DNA from: Spirogloea muscicola
Taxonomy: Eukaryota
Direction: 5' to 3'
DNA: 64,000 nucleotides
Assembly: GCA_009602725.1 (NCBI GenBank)
Contig: WELB01000010.1
Coordinates: 1,269,320 to 1,333,319 of the forward strand
The notes under the pieces were generated by a model. It ran no database searches. It was not told the origin of the DNA and worked only from the letters and a program-made list of their open reading frames with translations. Below, piece by piece: positions 19,079-31,133 of this stretch (positions are counted from its first letter, which is position 1; the number at the start of each line of letters is the position of its first letter). The position numbers and the translations under genes were made by a program.

Positions 19079-21084
19079 ATGGAGGCCATGGACGCGGCGC
19101 TGATGAATGGCGCGCCGTCGCCCAGCGCCGAGGGCGACAGGTGCGCAGCCGCCCTCCTCTGCCAAGCTCGCATTGAGAACAGTGGCTGCCGTCAGGCTGC
19201 TGCTTGGACTACTTCCGGATCGCTTAGCTGCAGCCCATGAACTGGCCTTCAGGTACGAGGACGGCAACCGTGCGCTCCTGGTGCTCAAGTCCGCGGCGCG
19301 GCTGGCCGCCTGTCTGGTTATCCTTCTCGTCAATGTCGTCATCTGGACGGTCATCCTCGTCGTGCTCCTGCCCTGGCCCACCGCCCGCATCTGGCAGGCC
19401 AACACCTTTGGCCGCGTCACCGCCTCCATGATGGTGAGCAGTCGACCTGCCCAATTCATCAGTTGCAACCCGCAACAGGAGCCCGACTAGCCTAAGAGCA
19501 TCGTCAATCACTATCACCCAAGTCGAAATCTTGGACAAACTTACTTTACCTACTCGAGCTCGGAATTTCTCGCCTCCAGTCAGATCAGCCGTCTTTTTAC
19601 TGTGAGCCAGCAAAGGATGGACCTTGCGGCGTGCCTCAGCCAGGCCGTCTAGCTGTTGGCAGATCACTATTCTTGGCAATCCCTGGCGCCTGCGTGGGCT
19701 CGAGCACTCGCAACAGAAGGCCATCTTCCTCTGCAACCACGCCTCACCCTACGACATCCTCCTCGCCATGCGGCTAGTACCCCCTGGCACCGTCTCAATG
19801 GCCAAGAAGGAGGTTTGCTTCCTTCCCGCACCCAGGTCCACTGCTTATATCCGTGTCCCATGGCGAATCAAACAAACTGCACATGTGATTCCCTACAACA
19901 GTGTGAAGAAGTCCGAAGGACAAGAGGAGGTGCTGGCGTCTTGTATACCTTGATCTTTAACCCAGCCTGTACCTGTTGCATGGCCCTGGAGAAGGTGGAG
20001 AAGGTGTCACAGGCGCGATCGTCAAAGTAGTGGATTCATAGACGCAGCTGCTTGATGCAACAGATCTGCCCCCGTGGTGCTTGTGGGGCAGATTGTGTAC
20101 TGGCCTCTTTTCGGGTGGCTATATCTACTATCCAATTTTCCGAGGGTAGACCGGCAGAACCGAGAGAGAGCAATTCAAGAGATGGCAAGGGTATGCAAGC
20201 ACTGTATCTTCCACATAGCGTGACAAAATTTGCTATCTTTGTATCGGCTGCAGATGTAGCTTGCAAACCTCCAAGAGGTGCATACTGTGTCCTGCTGAAA
20301 CTGTAGAGCATGATCAAGTTGATGAAAACTCCCTTTTTATCCTGATATCACGACCTTGGATATGTGGCCAATATATGTCTGACAGTTGATGTGTTTCCTC
20401 AGGTGGGCATGGATGTCATCAAGCGTGACTTATCTGTCATCATATGGCCAGAAGGCACGAGATCTGAAGATGGCCGGCTGTTGCCATTTAAAAAGGTCAG
20501 CTACAATTTCAGTGTATGTAACTCTGGTGTTGCCCAACAATGACAAGTGGGCTGTCATCCCCACAATTTCCATACATCTTGCCACAACACCTGAGTGGGT
20601 GCCCAGAAGTCGGAAAATTGTCAAGCTAGCTGAGATTTAATACAACTTGGCAGCATTGATGTTGTTGCATTGTGCGGCACATCGCCTGAACCAGCTCAGG
20701 ACCTGGAATCCGTCCAGAATGCTACTTTAGTATATGCAGGCTTCTCATACTATGCTTTTTCACTCCATGCTGCGCCTGTAGTCTAAGACCTGAGGTACTC
20801 AAGCTCTTGCTGCACTGCAGGGCTTCGTTCACATGGCAATGCAGACGAGGCGGCCCATTGTTCCAATGGTTCTGACTGGCACCCACAGGGCCTGGCGAAA
20901 GTCCAGCTTCATTGTGAGGCCGACCCCAGTCTCCGTCACTTTCTTGCCTCCCATTAGCACTGAGGACTGGGTGGTCTCAAGGGTGGATGAGTACGTGCAG
21001 ACCATGCACGATTTATTTTCAGACCATTTGCCAGACTCACAGAGGCCAAGCTCCACCAGGCCAAGCTTACAGGCCGCCATATAG
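19079..21084 (+). CDS. 1-acyl-sn-glycerol-3-phosphate acyltransferase, class B (coconut/Limnanthes-type LPAAT)
   Basis: Motif I NHASPYD, GTVSMAKKE, PLFGWLY...RVDRQN, WPEGTRSEDGRLLPFKK|GFVHMAMQTRRPIVPMVLTGTHRAWRK...LPDSQRP; N-terminal transmembrane segment; stop at 21084. Confidence 0.92.
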
Positions 21085-21608
21085 TCTTCTTCTACCATGC
21101 AGCCCTGTATTTGACCAAACAGTTAAGCTGCACATGAATGGCTATTGACTTGCTACTGCTGCTGCATCCTTGAAGCAGTGAGGATTTGTCTGACCATCAG
21201 CAGGATCGGTACTTGAAGTGCTTGGCGTTGACTCAAGCAGCTATGCAGCAGACGAGAGGTTTGACACTAGGATCGCTTATAAGGCTACGATTCTTCAGGA
21301 AGGCAGTGCAAGACTATGCACACATCAGAATATTGACGCACGCCCCACATCTCATATTCCTTGCTGAGACTTGTTGGCAATATATTTACAGAGTTTGCAC
21401 TCTGTTGCAACCTAGAGTCCTGGCTGCCATAGCAGAGGCAAGAACCCCTGGCGGGCAGTCACAATGGGTTGATGCAAGCCTGCGATCTGCAACAGTAAGC
21501 GGACTTCTCCAAGCGCGCCTGTTGAGCTGGCATGTTCCGCAGGTAAGTACTACAGCGGCCAATGTGGCCGAGTGCATTACAGCATAAGTGCAGGGGCCCT
21601 ACAATGAG

Positions 21609-23037
21609 TTACATGCCTTTCAATGGTGGTCTCTGGATGTCGTCGCCATCAGAACTCAAATTTACGGTCTGCATCAGGCGCTCCCGGAGAAGGTCTAGGT
21701 TCTGTGCCACGATGGCCTTGTACAAATCTTCGTGGTTGTACTTCTGCAAGAGCACGAGGAGCAAGCAAAGTTGGATTCACTGGGTTACATAGCAGCAATC
21801 TAAGCACCAACAACTGTCCTGAGACTGTGCATCTTACAAGTTGCAATGTATCTGTGTAAGTATGACACCACTAGGCCAATGTTGGCTGATCGACATACGC
21901 GACGATACCAGCAAGCTAGAATCAGAACCCCAGTCAAAGGCCGTTTCACTACCTTGACCCACTTGTTGAACAAGTGCAAGCGCGTGACCATCACGCGCTC
22001 TCCCAGCTCCTGTCGCTCCTGCCCGCATGCAGCAAAACGACTGGCAGATTGTCAATGACACCTGCATGGAAGCTGTGGTGCCGACCTGCGGCTCTCGGAG
22101 ATATATCTCAAAGTCCATGAGATAAAGCCAATGCGGCAACATTTTAGCGGCTGCCCTGGGGCCCCTGTTCCAGCCTCAAGAGTCTGCCCATGAGAGGCAA
22201 GCCAAATGACACACTGGCTTTCAGGATACACTGAGCTCACACCCTAGAGACCTGGATCACTGTACCTTGAGTGACGGGATGCTGACATGCGCATGCAACT
22301 GACCTTGACTAGAAGTCGCAGGAAGGTCTTGCTATCCTGGGGCTTGTTGTTGACCACAAAGCTGCATCCGAGCCACAATTGTGTGCACAAGAAGTGACCC
22401 CGTGTTGCGTCGCTGGTGACCAGTGAAGTAGAAGAGTTGCTGCCTCATGTGGGCTCTTAATGCAAGTTTGTGAGAGCAGATAAGGTGAGCTTAGTTGGTT
22501 GTAAGATCAACACATTGCAGGGAAAGTGCCATACTCGTAGAAGAAGACGTAGCTGCCGGGGTTCATCTCATGGAGCTGTGCAAGCACCGTCTTCACGGCC
22601 TTGAAGGTGAAATAGTCCAGCATGTGCTGGCAGCCGCATGCAAGGCAGAGTTGGCATAGTGAGATGGCTCGGTCGCGCCTGGCGGCTCGATCAGCAAAGA
22701 CAATCTCGCTGCTGCTGGGATCGACCGCGACAGTCGCGTGCATGCAACGCATAGGGCGGAGCAGGCGCCAGCAGGCATATGGCAGCTACTTGAGCTACCG
22801 CATAAAGGGCTTAGGGTTGTGGTGCCAAGCAAGGCCCGCCAGTCGCGCTCGTTATCGATGGAGTTGACGATGCCGAGATGGACAGCACGACGGCAGCGCG
22901 GCGACGGCGACGGCGGCGGGAGCGGCCTCACCTTCTCCACGTCGTCGAAGCTCTCCTCGTACTGCCCGGCGATCTCCGCGACGACGACCGCGGCGGAGCC
23001 CCCGCGCCGGCGGCGGCGGCGCGGGCCCCGGGCCGCG
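21609..23037 (-). CDS. RBCX2: Rubisco assembly chaperone RbcX (cyanobacteria-like plant RbcX2 type); start in N gap
   Basis: EIAGQYEESFDDVEK|HMLDYFTFKAVKTVLAQLHEMNP...|FVVNNKPQDSKTFLRLLVK|ERQELGERVMVTRLHLFNKWVK|KYNHEDLY...NLDLLRERLMQTV...*. Confidence 0.93.
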
Positions 23038-23119
23038 NNNNNNNNNNNNNNNNNNNNNNNNNNNNNNNNNNNNNNNNNNNNNNNNNNNNGGCGCCGGCGC
23101 TCGCACGGGCGGGCGGGGG

Positions 23120-24130
23120 GGGGAAGAATGCGGCTGCTGGTAAGAAGCCAGCCGGGTGCATACAGATGGATGTTCATGACTACATTAGTCAACTTCTTTT
23201 CGGGCTGGCTCCCTTGCCCCCTTTGGGAGAGCCACATTCTCGTTAGCGGAGCCACAGGCTAGGCAGACGGCGCTATTTGTGCATTCCTCTGGGCTTCCTT
23301 CTTTCTGGTCTGGCTTCTTCACAGCGCCCCGCCCCCTTCGGAAGAGCATCCCGTCTTTGGGCTAGCCTCTCACAGCCATTTGCATTACATCGGAAGTGCT
23401 GGTCCTCGGCACCTCCGTGTCAGCGTCATTGGAACGTATATCAAATTTAGCAGAGGGATTTCCATGTCATGCGCACCGCGCGGCAGTACTGGTGATGGCC
23501 AGTACTGCCAGTGCGGCCATTCGCCATCAACGGCACTTGCTTTCCCGACGCAGCTGGGCGATCGCTTCCATCACACGCCCGCCGCGACCAAACCGTCGAG
23601 TTCCCGCACCCCCGGGGGCCTCGTCTCCTTCCGCAGGTCCACGTGGCGCTCTCGGAGCGGTCGTTTAACGGCCCCGACGTGGCCAATGAGCGGGGACTCA
23701 TTGGCGCGCGGCCCAACTGCCCCCTTCACAGGAGGCCCCCCAATGTTAGCCCCCGCCCCCGCCGTCTTCCTCACCTGAGCTCATGTATTTTAGGAAGGAT
23801 GCTTCCAGGAGAGGGCCGTGGCTGGGAGAAGAAGTGGCTCTCCCATTGGGGGACAAGGGCTGTGAGAAGCCAGCCCGAAAAGAATTGACAAGGTTCGAAG
23901 GGGCCAAAGTACGAGCTAAGCAGCGACTGTGGGGCCTGAAGAGGCTGGGAGAGGCCAGCCCAGAAAAAAAGAATGAACAGAGTTCACATGGGCCAGGGAA
24001 AACACTAAAACACACACGGATTGAAGTAGCTACGAAACACTCAGTAACCCCTACTACGCAGCAGCAGGTCGGAGAACCTAGTCTCCTGGAAGCGGGTCCC
24101 CTGGCTAGGGCCAGAGGCTGCAACGAGGGA
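23120..24130. mobile_element. Nested cluster of CRE-like non-LTR retroelement 3' ends, both orientations
   Basis: 23826-23945 is near-identical to 39197-39315 and 50312-50430. 23122-23270 is homologous to 61168-61272. The - strand at 24041-24120 encodes ASGPSQGTRFQETRFSDLLLRSRGY*. Several GGGCTG..CAGCCC hairpins are present. Confidence 0.75.
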
Positions 24131-24873
24131 AAATAGAAAGGAGGGCAGACTTGCAGCTAATAAAGTGTTCAGGCAAAAGCTGGTGCAGAATGTGGGGCCA
24201 CACGAGCCGAAGCCCTCTGCGAAGGGGGGCTGGGGGGCTAAGGTAACAGTGTGAATGCCAAGGGACTGTCATCTTGGGGCTAGCCGGCGATGCTGCCGAG
24301 CAAGTACATCTGCAATGACCAAGAGATTGGAAGAGTGTGCTTCTCAGAAGGAGGCGATGGTTGTATTTGGCCAGCCCAAAAGACATGGACACTCTATTGT
24401 CTCAAATGCCTATGAAGATCAAGCGGTATGAAATATGAAATGAAATGAAGGAGTATGAAATGCAGTGCCTTTGCTTTGAAGCGCGTCCCATTGGAGATGC
24501 AAAAGTGAGGTCAATCAGCGCACGTCAGGGCTAGGAGTACGGTAAGAGTACAGGTGCAGGTACAATTGCATGAGATTTGGAGAAGGGCACCAGGAGTCAG
24601 TGGTAGCCATCGCCGCTGACTTTGTCGCTCTCGGAGACCGGCAGGCGCTCCTGACCTGGCGGCCTGCACGCTGCTGAGTCTTGTGTATCATGGCCCTGCT
24701 CCTCCGACAGCGGTGCGCCGGCTGGAGGCAAAGCCGCCCGTGCGCACTCATGCCTTGACCATGCAAGATGCTTTTGGTGTGTAACGCACATAGGCCCCAA
24801 GTATGACTTGCAATTTGCAATGACCAAACAATAATCGAATGAGTTCATAACCTAAAACGTAAATTAAATGGTA

Positions 24874-27630
24874 CTAATAGCTTACAATGGCATGCAAGAC
24901 AAACTTGTCAGTCAAGGGTATGAAAGTCAGATTGTATGCTGGCTGCGTGCTCACAGGAACAATGGTGTCGTTCAGCCAAAAATGTGTGAGCTCATTGCCA
25001 GGTATCTGAGTAACTAATGAGCCAAGGGGATTGGCATTGAGCAGAACACTTGCACCTGCACCTTGGTAGCCTGGATCTGTGACAGGCCGTATTCTATACA
25101 AGATTGCAACCTTCTTCCGTGGTTGGGGTCTGATAGTCACAGTCAAGGCTTTCCCAGCTGACTTAGCTTTCCAGCAGAGCAGCTCTGGGAAAAGGGGGCC
25201 ACAAGATTCCAGGACCCAGCCTGTCACATTCCCTACAGTCCCGACTGGCACAGCCAGCTCAAGACTGCCAGCAAATGCGCAGGATGCAATACCACCTTCT
25301 GTATAATTCAGGTCATTGGAAGCCTCTTCAAGTAGATTCAACTTTGGCATCTTCAGCTCGCAGGTGGCAGGTCGTGCAGGAGCAACTAGATCAGCTTGCA
25401 GGTCCACCTTGCCAGCATCAAGCTGCACAGAGCTTCCATATTGTGTGCCTGCCTCAAATAAGGATAATAAGGAGGTGAAGAGGTAGTGGATCACCAAAAT
25501 GGCAGTAAGCTTGTGACCATCAGGGCTGGGATGGACATGGTCAATGAAATTCATGTCATAGCTTAGATTGCTTGTCACTTGATCCTTGCCCCTGGTACTT
25601 ATCCCCTTTGAGCTAAAGGGAATCACTGGGAAGAGGGCTCGCCACATGCTGATAGCTGGAACAGAGTAGAGGGCTGCCACTGTATTTAGAATGGACTCTG
25701 CAGATCGATTGAAGCCGCCTGTGTATCCCTTCTCTTTGAAGAGCCCAAAGTGGACGTAGAGTACAACGGGTCGAGAAGGTAGCTGTAGCAGCTGTCTCAG
25801 AAGGGACTCCGCATTCTACACACAGCGTGTCTTGGCAAGATCAGCATAGGTGTTGGGAATTACGAATGTAGCCAAATGCTCATGTACACACAGCTGTTGT
25901 GAAGTACGACATCAGAATCCTTACCCATGACTATCAAGGAGGGAGAGCAGCAACAAGCTCTTGCATGACTGGCAGCATCATGCCCTGTAAAGACATGCCA
26001 AGAGCACACCGCTAGTCCACTCGGAACATATTGCATGATTCTGAGCCCACCCCCTAGCAGCCATGTTTGGCCCCCAGATCCTACAGATCCTTTCGCAGCC
26101 TTTCAACCTTACACGTTCAAGAAAGTCTGGGCATATGGAAATAGTACTTACTTGAAAGACGTGATACATTTGAGGATGAAGCATGCCAGGCTGCAGCATG
26201 ACAAAGTCATTGGCTGCAGTATCAACAAGAATGATATCCGCAGCCTTGAAATTAGCCACTTCGTCGCGTTGCGGCCAGAGCATGCGCAAGTAGTCCAAGA
26301 AACAATATTGATGGATGAAGGACCCTCCCCCAGGAAGGAATGCTCGTACAACTTGATGTGTAGCCTCAGAAAGTGGGAAGACCTGCACAAGCTGCATACT
26401 AAGTGCAAGTGCAAGCAGGCGCAAGACAGTTTGTAGTAGCACATATTCAGATCCTCAAATACGACAGTCAAGAGAGCCTGGTCCTCCTCATGCTTGTGGT
26501 CTGTGAGGATCCTGCAACAATCAGAGTGCCTGAACATGGAAGACAGGCTACATCATGCCGGATGAGCAGGAAGCAGTACCTTGCCCAGGAGATCCGCAAG
26601 GTGGTGGGCATACGTATTCTGCAATGACGCCCGCATCTAGCTCAGATTGTTGACCATGTAAACAGTTGACCCCACAAGCTAAGTTAGTCTAATTGCGATG
26701 CAGTAAAGAAATGTCCTACAAGCCACGACTCCAAAAGCAGAATTCTGGGTAGTACACACCAATCCTTTCTGGTGCCCGGCAGCTGTAATAGACCCACCAA
26801 GAGCAGCCACTGGATAGCAACAACTATCTCATCTCAGTCTTCTGACACAGTTCCACATTGACAGGCTCTCAGCTTGCGAGACCTTCACCGCTTCAAGCAT
26901 TATTTCTGTGTTGCAATGTTGTTGCTGTAATGAGAAGGATGCACGGTCCCAGCTATGCACAGACCACAGTTGAAGCACAAGGTGTCGCTACCTCATTCAA
27001 CTAGCTGTACAATATAATGCTTGCGGCCTGCGAGTAGAACGAGTACATCTTTGTATGTGCACCTGTGATTGGCTTCTTCGCTAAGAGTTTCTTCAGTAAT
27101 TGCGCCTCCAACATGGGATCTCCTTGGACTGATATGCTTCTCCGGAACGTGTCATATCCATACCTGCCTTGAAGGGTGAGAGCTTCATCAATTGACTATG
27201 GTGTGTGGAGCAGCCCAAGCAATCTCAAAGTGAACAACTAGTCTGAGTTGACTAGCAAGCTTAGCCCTGACATGTATATTGTCAATAATTCACAGACTTG
27301 GCTACTCTCTGGGGGGGTACATTAGCACGCGTGAAAGTAAAACTTGCTTCATGCAATTGTTAGCCCTCAAAGCGAAGTAACTTACGTCATCTCCCAGTCC
27401 GCAATGGAGGCTCTCAGTGCGACGAGGAGGTCCCGGCAGGGATCCTCCGTCTCGAGAGCCTGGCACAGGCCAGGGGGTGCAGCGTCCAGCGCAAGGCCGG
27501 CGGAAGCTGCTCGGCGGCTGGACGTGAGGACGGTAAGCAGCACAAAGCCGAGTCCGATCGTCGGCGCGGCGATCTGCCAGGGCGGCCAACGCCATGGCGC
27601 GTGCAGCAGCGCGCGGAAGGCGGCGTCCAT
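24874..27630 (-). CDS. SGNH/GDSL-hydrolase-fold type II membrane protein (CAP64-like)
   Basis: N-terminal TM (IAAPTIGLGFVLLTVLT); LLKKLLAKKPIT|VAALGGSITAAG (block I Ser); DIILVDTAAND (block III Asn); ESLLRQLLQLPSRPVVL; IDHVHPSPDGH (block V Asp/His); stop at 24874. Confidence 0.8.
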
Positions 27631-27919
27631 GGCGGTCGCGGAGGGCGGCGACCGCGGCTACGTTGGTAGTGAGGTTGGTTAGTGAAGTACAACCGGACGT
27701 TCACGAGCGCGACGGGAGAAACAGGCTTTCCCGCCGTCTATTAGCAACGGCAAGCCGCTGTCCCAATGGCCGCTGCCCAAGCCATTTGGCCCAGCTAGGG
27801 GGGTTGGTAGGTTGCCGCTTGGTGCGCTTCTGGTCGAGTTTAATCCATGTTATTCTTGCAGACAGTGTACTGGCCTGCTTTGGCCTCCTCTCATCTCAGC
27901 AGCCACAAGGCTGAAATAA

Positions 27920-30770
27920 GCAGCTTAGAGGGCTGTACGCGGGCCGACTACTTTCTCCGTTCCTGCCGCTTTCCTCCAATACGCTGCTGCTGACCAGGGG
28001 AGCAGGCACCCTCAGCGGTCTCTGCGCTTCCAGCTCAAACGGACCTTGTTCGCTCTTCTGTGGGCTGGCTTTTCACCGTGCCTTGTGTGGGAAGAGCTAT
28101 CCTTCTTCACAAAGAAAAACAAGCACAATAAGGAACGGGGTATAAGGGGAATGCCCAACACAAATAAGTAACAGCATCACAATCATGTAAGTGGGCCTCC
28201 CAGTATTGCAACTGTCATTTGGATTCCTTTGTATCTGACTGTGTGCCCGCAAATCAGTCAATTGCCGGCGAGATACTCACTTAGAGAGGACATGGGCTGA
28301 TAGCCTTCTACACCTGTCAGGGCTAGCCCGTAAAGATGGCAGCGGGGGCAGGGGTAGGCACTTTAGATGCGATCGTAGTCCGAGGAGGGTCCCCGATGGC
28401 GCCACACACGTCCAGTCCGTGATGGCAAGGCCGTGGCCTGGGAGATAGAAGAGGAAGCGGCTGCTGATGTTCAATGGCGGCTGGGACAGCCAGCCGAGTG
28501 CATTCCGAAGATGTTCTAGGACACACGTGTACACTATGAGGAGCTGCAGATTAGGCAGCATAGAGAAGAGGGGTTGTTCCAAAGAGGGCGGTGGAAGGAG
28601 CAGCGTTTAGGCTTCATTGCTATTCGTCACTGTGCTGGGCGCGCACTAAGCCAGGCCACTCGCTTCCAAGGTGTATCCGGCTCCCCAAATTAGCCTGTGG
28701 AATATGTATGTGCTTCCTAAGAAAAACTATCAGTCCCCCATTCAGCAGTATTTTCAACCTCTTCATTTAGCCTAGGGCTTCGCTTTGTGTAGCCTCATCC
28801 TCTTCATCATAGGGTTCCCAAGTGTACTGGCTTGGCTTGGCCTCCCTTGCACTTCATGCGCATCGCTTGCCTTCTCTTCCTCTTTAGTGAACAGTGTATT
28901 CGCTTATTGGGCCTGCCTTGCAGTCCATGTGCACTGTGCGCCTTCTCTTTTCTGTGAGGAGCACAGGCTGACGGAAGACTAACCAGAAAGGGGCAACGTG
29001 AGTGGAAGGACGGTGCGCAGTATGCATGAGATGAGAGGGAGGCCAAAGCAAGCCAGTACACTATTTGTAAGAAGCACAAAGAAATTAAGAGGCGCTAAGG
29101 TAACAAAATGAAAACACAGCCGAAGGGACTCTAGTACCCACGAAAGAAGATGCAGCTCTTACAGAGGGAACAGCTCTTCCAATATAAGGTTTTGGCTGTG
29201 AAAGGCCAGCCCAAATGGGGCGAGGGCTGTTGATGGCCAGCCCAGCAAGCATGGACACTGGAGGTTACGATGTGGTCATCGTACATGGTACTTACTCACT
29301 TGTGTTTCAGCGCTTTTCGGCCCCTTCGGACCTTGTCAATCAGATTTGGGCTGGCTGTCACAGCCCTCATTTCCTCGGCCACAGCCATCGGCCCCTACTG
29401 GAAGAGTCTTCCTCCTATCAGCAGCCGTACTTTCATTCTTTTAGGGCTGGCCTCTGCCAGCCCCTCTTCTCTATGGGCGCGCAATTTCTTCCTTTCACAG
29501 CCCTTGCCCTCGTTGAAGAGCTTTTCGTTGAAGAGCTCCCGAGAGAAACAACAGCTCTTCCAACTTGCCCTGGCGGGTTTGATGCGCGACGCCGGGTACC
29601 GTGCGGTCGTGGAAGTAAACAACATTATGCCTATCAGAACGGATGCCCAGGGACGTCATCATCGCCGCACTCTTGACATTGTGGGCGAGCAACCTGGTGG
29701 AGGACCACGGGCCTTGATCGATGTTGTTGTTGCGGAGGCCTATAAATGTCCAGCATTGGCGCGGAATCGCTGGCCGCGCAGTGGGCGGTGCAGAACAAAC
29801 AAAGCTGCAGCACTACTCCGATTACCACCAATGCAATCAGCTCCTGCCAGCGGCAGTCGATATTTTCGGCTGCTTAGGTCCTCGTTTCCACACTCTCCTT
29901 CGGAATATTGCCAATCTAGGCTACACACGACATGCAGATGTGTTCCCGGCTGAGATGGGCTTGCCAGCTGCATATCTGTCGTTCTTGCGACGACGAGTTT
30001 CGGCCTGTTTGCAGCAGTTTCGGCCTGTGCTCAGGCTAATGCTTTGCACCAGAAAGCTGGGCGAGCTCTAGTCGGTGACAGAAGGGCTTCGTATCTGCCA
30101 TCTAGTAATCAGGCATCCATTAGCGACCATTATGTTTTTGACCCGTGGTTACTGAGCGGGTTAATCTGCTGTTGGTTATGTAGGTCATTAGATGTGCTTG
30201 CCTTTGTACTTGGCCATGTGGCCTTCGTTTCTTTCAAATACAAGAACTTCCTCTCAGGGGCTGGGGCTGTAGATAGCCAGCCCAGAAAGAGATAACAATC
30301 GGTCAAAGGGCCGAAAGGCTCCTAAAACACACAGGAGACTACAGCGGATGGGAAGAAAAGTCGCTTTTCAGGAGATGGCTCTGATAGGTCAGCCCAGAAT
30401 GAAGAAGGTTGGGAGCTTATCAGGGCCAATTTAAGTAACCCCAAAGGGACTCTCCCAAAGGAGAAAAATTCGTGTATTTGAAACGAACGAAGGCCAAATG
30501 GCCAAGTACAAAGGCAAGCACAGCAATAGACCTACGTGACCTACAGCAGGTTGACCCGCTTAGTAACCACGGGTCAAAACACAGTGGTCGCTAATTGATG
30601 CCTGAATACTAGATGGCAGACACGAAGCCCATCTGCCACCAACTAGAGCTCGCCCAGCTTTCACAGCCCTCGCCCCCTGAAGGGCGAGGGCTGTGAAACG
30701 CCAGCCCGAAACGAATTGGACAAAGTCCGAAGGGGCCGGAAAGCCAGAGAAGACGGCGACAAGTAACTTC
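27920..30770. mobile_element. Large nested retroelement cluster between the divergent SGNH and RBBP6 genes
   Basis: About 8 terminal hairpin motifs (28061, 29194, 29224, 29348, 29443, 30265, 30376, 30688), LTRG(Y)-type ORF ends near 27990, 29135, 30145 and 30565, and endonuclease-like peptide remnants. Confidence 0.75.
29490..30240 (+). mobile_element. Frameshifted C-terminal restriction-like endonuclease (RLE) region and 3' UTR of a CRE-like non-LTR retrotransposon
   Basis: GLMRDAGYRAVVEV...RRTLDIVG...RALIDVVVAE / AGRAVGGAEQTKLQHY...LLPAAVDIFGCLGPRFHTLLRNIA...LRRRVSACLQQ / ALHQKAGRAL...ASISDHYV(L)TRGY*. This follows the PD-(D/E)xK RLE layout of early-branching non-LTR clades. Confidence 0.75.
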
Positions 30771-31133
30771 GTGCGGCGGCAAGGTCAGGTGTCCTCGAGA
30801 GAGAACTAGACCTCCAACCCCCGCCAGCGCTAACGGAGAGCCGCGCGCAGCGGCGCGCCGGCTCGCCGCCGCCGCCGCCAACGCCGCCGCCGACGCCGCC
30901 GCCCCCGACGCGCTGCCGCCGCCGCCGCCGCCGCCGCCTTCAAAAACGACGCCGTCAAGCTCGAAAACCTGCGACGGCTGCGCAGTGACATTGTGCCGGC
31001 GGCTACTCTTGCGGGGCACATCCGTTGCTGCGAGCAGCGGCTCACCATCATACAGCAACGTCCCACAAGGAGTTGCGCGTGACCGCCCTTCCAGTGGAGT
31101 ACTTGCCTGACATCTTGCGCCGTGTGGTCCTCC

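Noticed and set aside
18407..19468. 353-aa antisense ORF and similar Arg/Ala/Pro-rich ORFs (10640-11377, 62195-63226, 62907-63659) as complete genes
   Set aside because: They are open because GC-rich, GCC-repeat DNA has few stop codons; only the sub-parts matching spliced genes are supported.
23857..23885. Hammerhead or HDV-like ribozyme reading of gggctgtgagaagccagcccgaaa
   Set aside because: There is no intact CUGANGA core, GAAA is not conserved across copies, and the HDV L3/J4-2 elements are missing. It is better explained as an element terminal hairpin.
29270..29953. 227-aa ORF as a host gene
   Set aside because: It is a chance fusion of retroelement 3' tails with a frameshifted RLE fragment.
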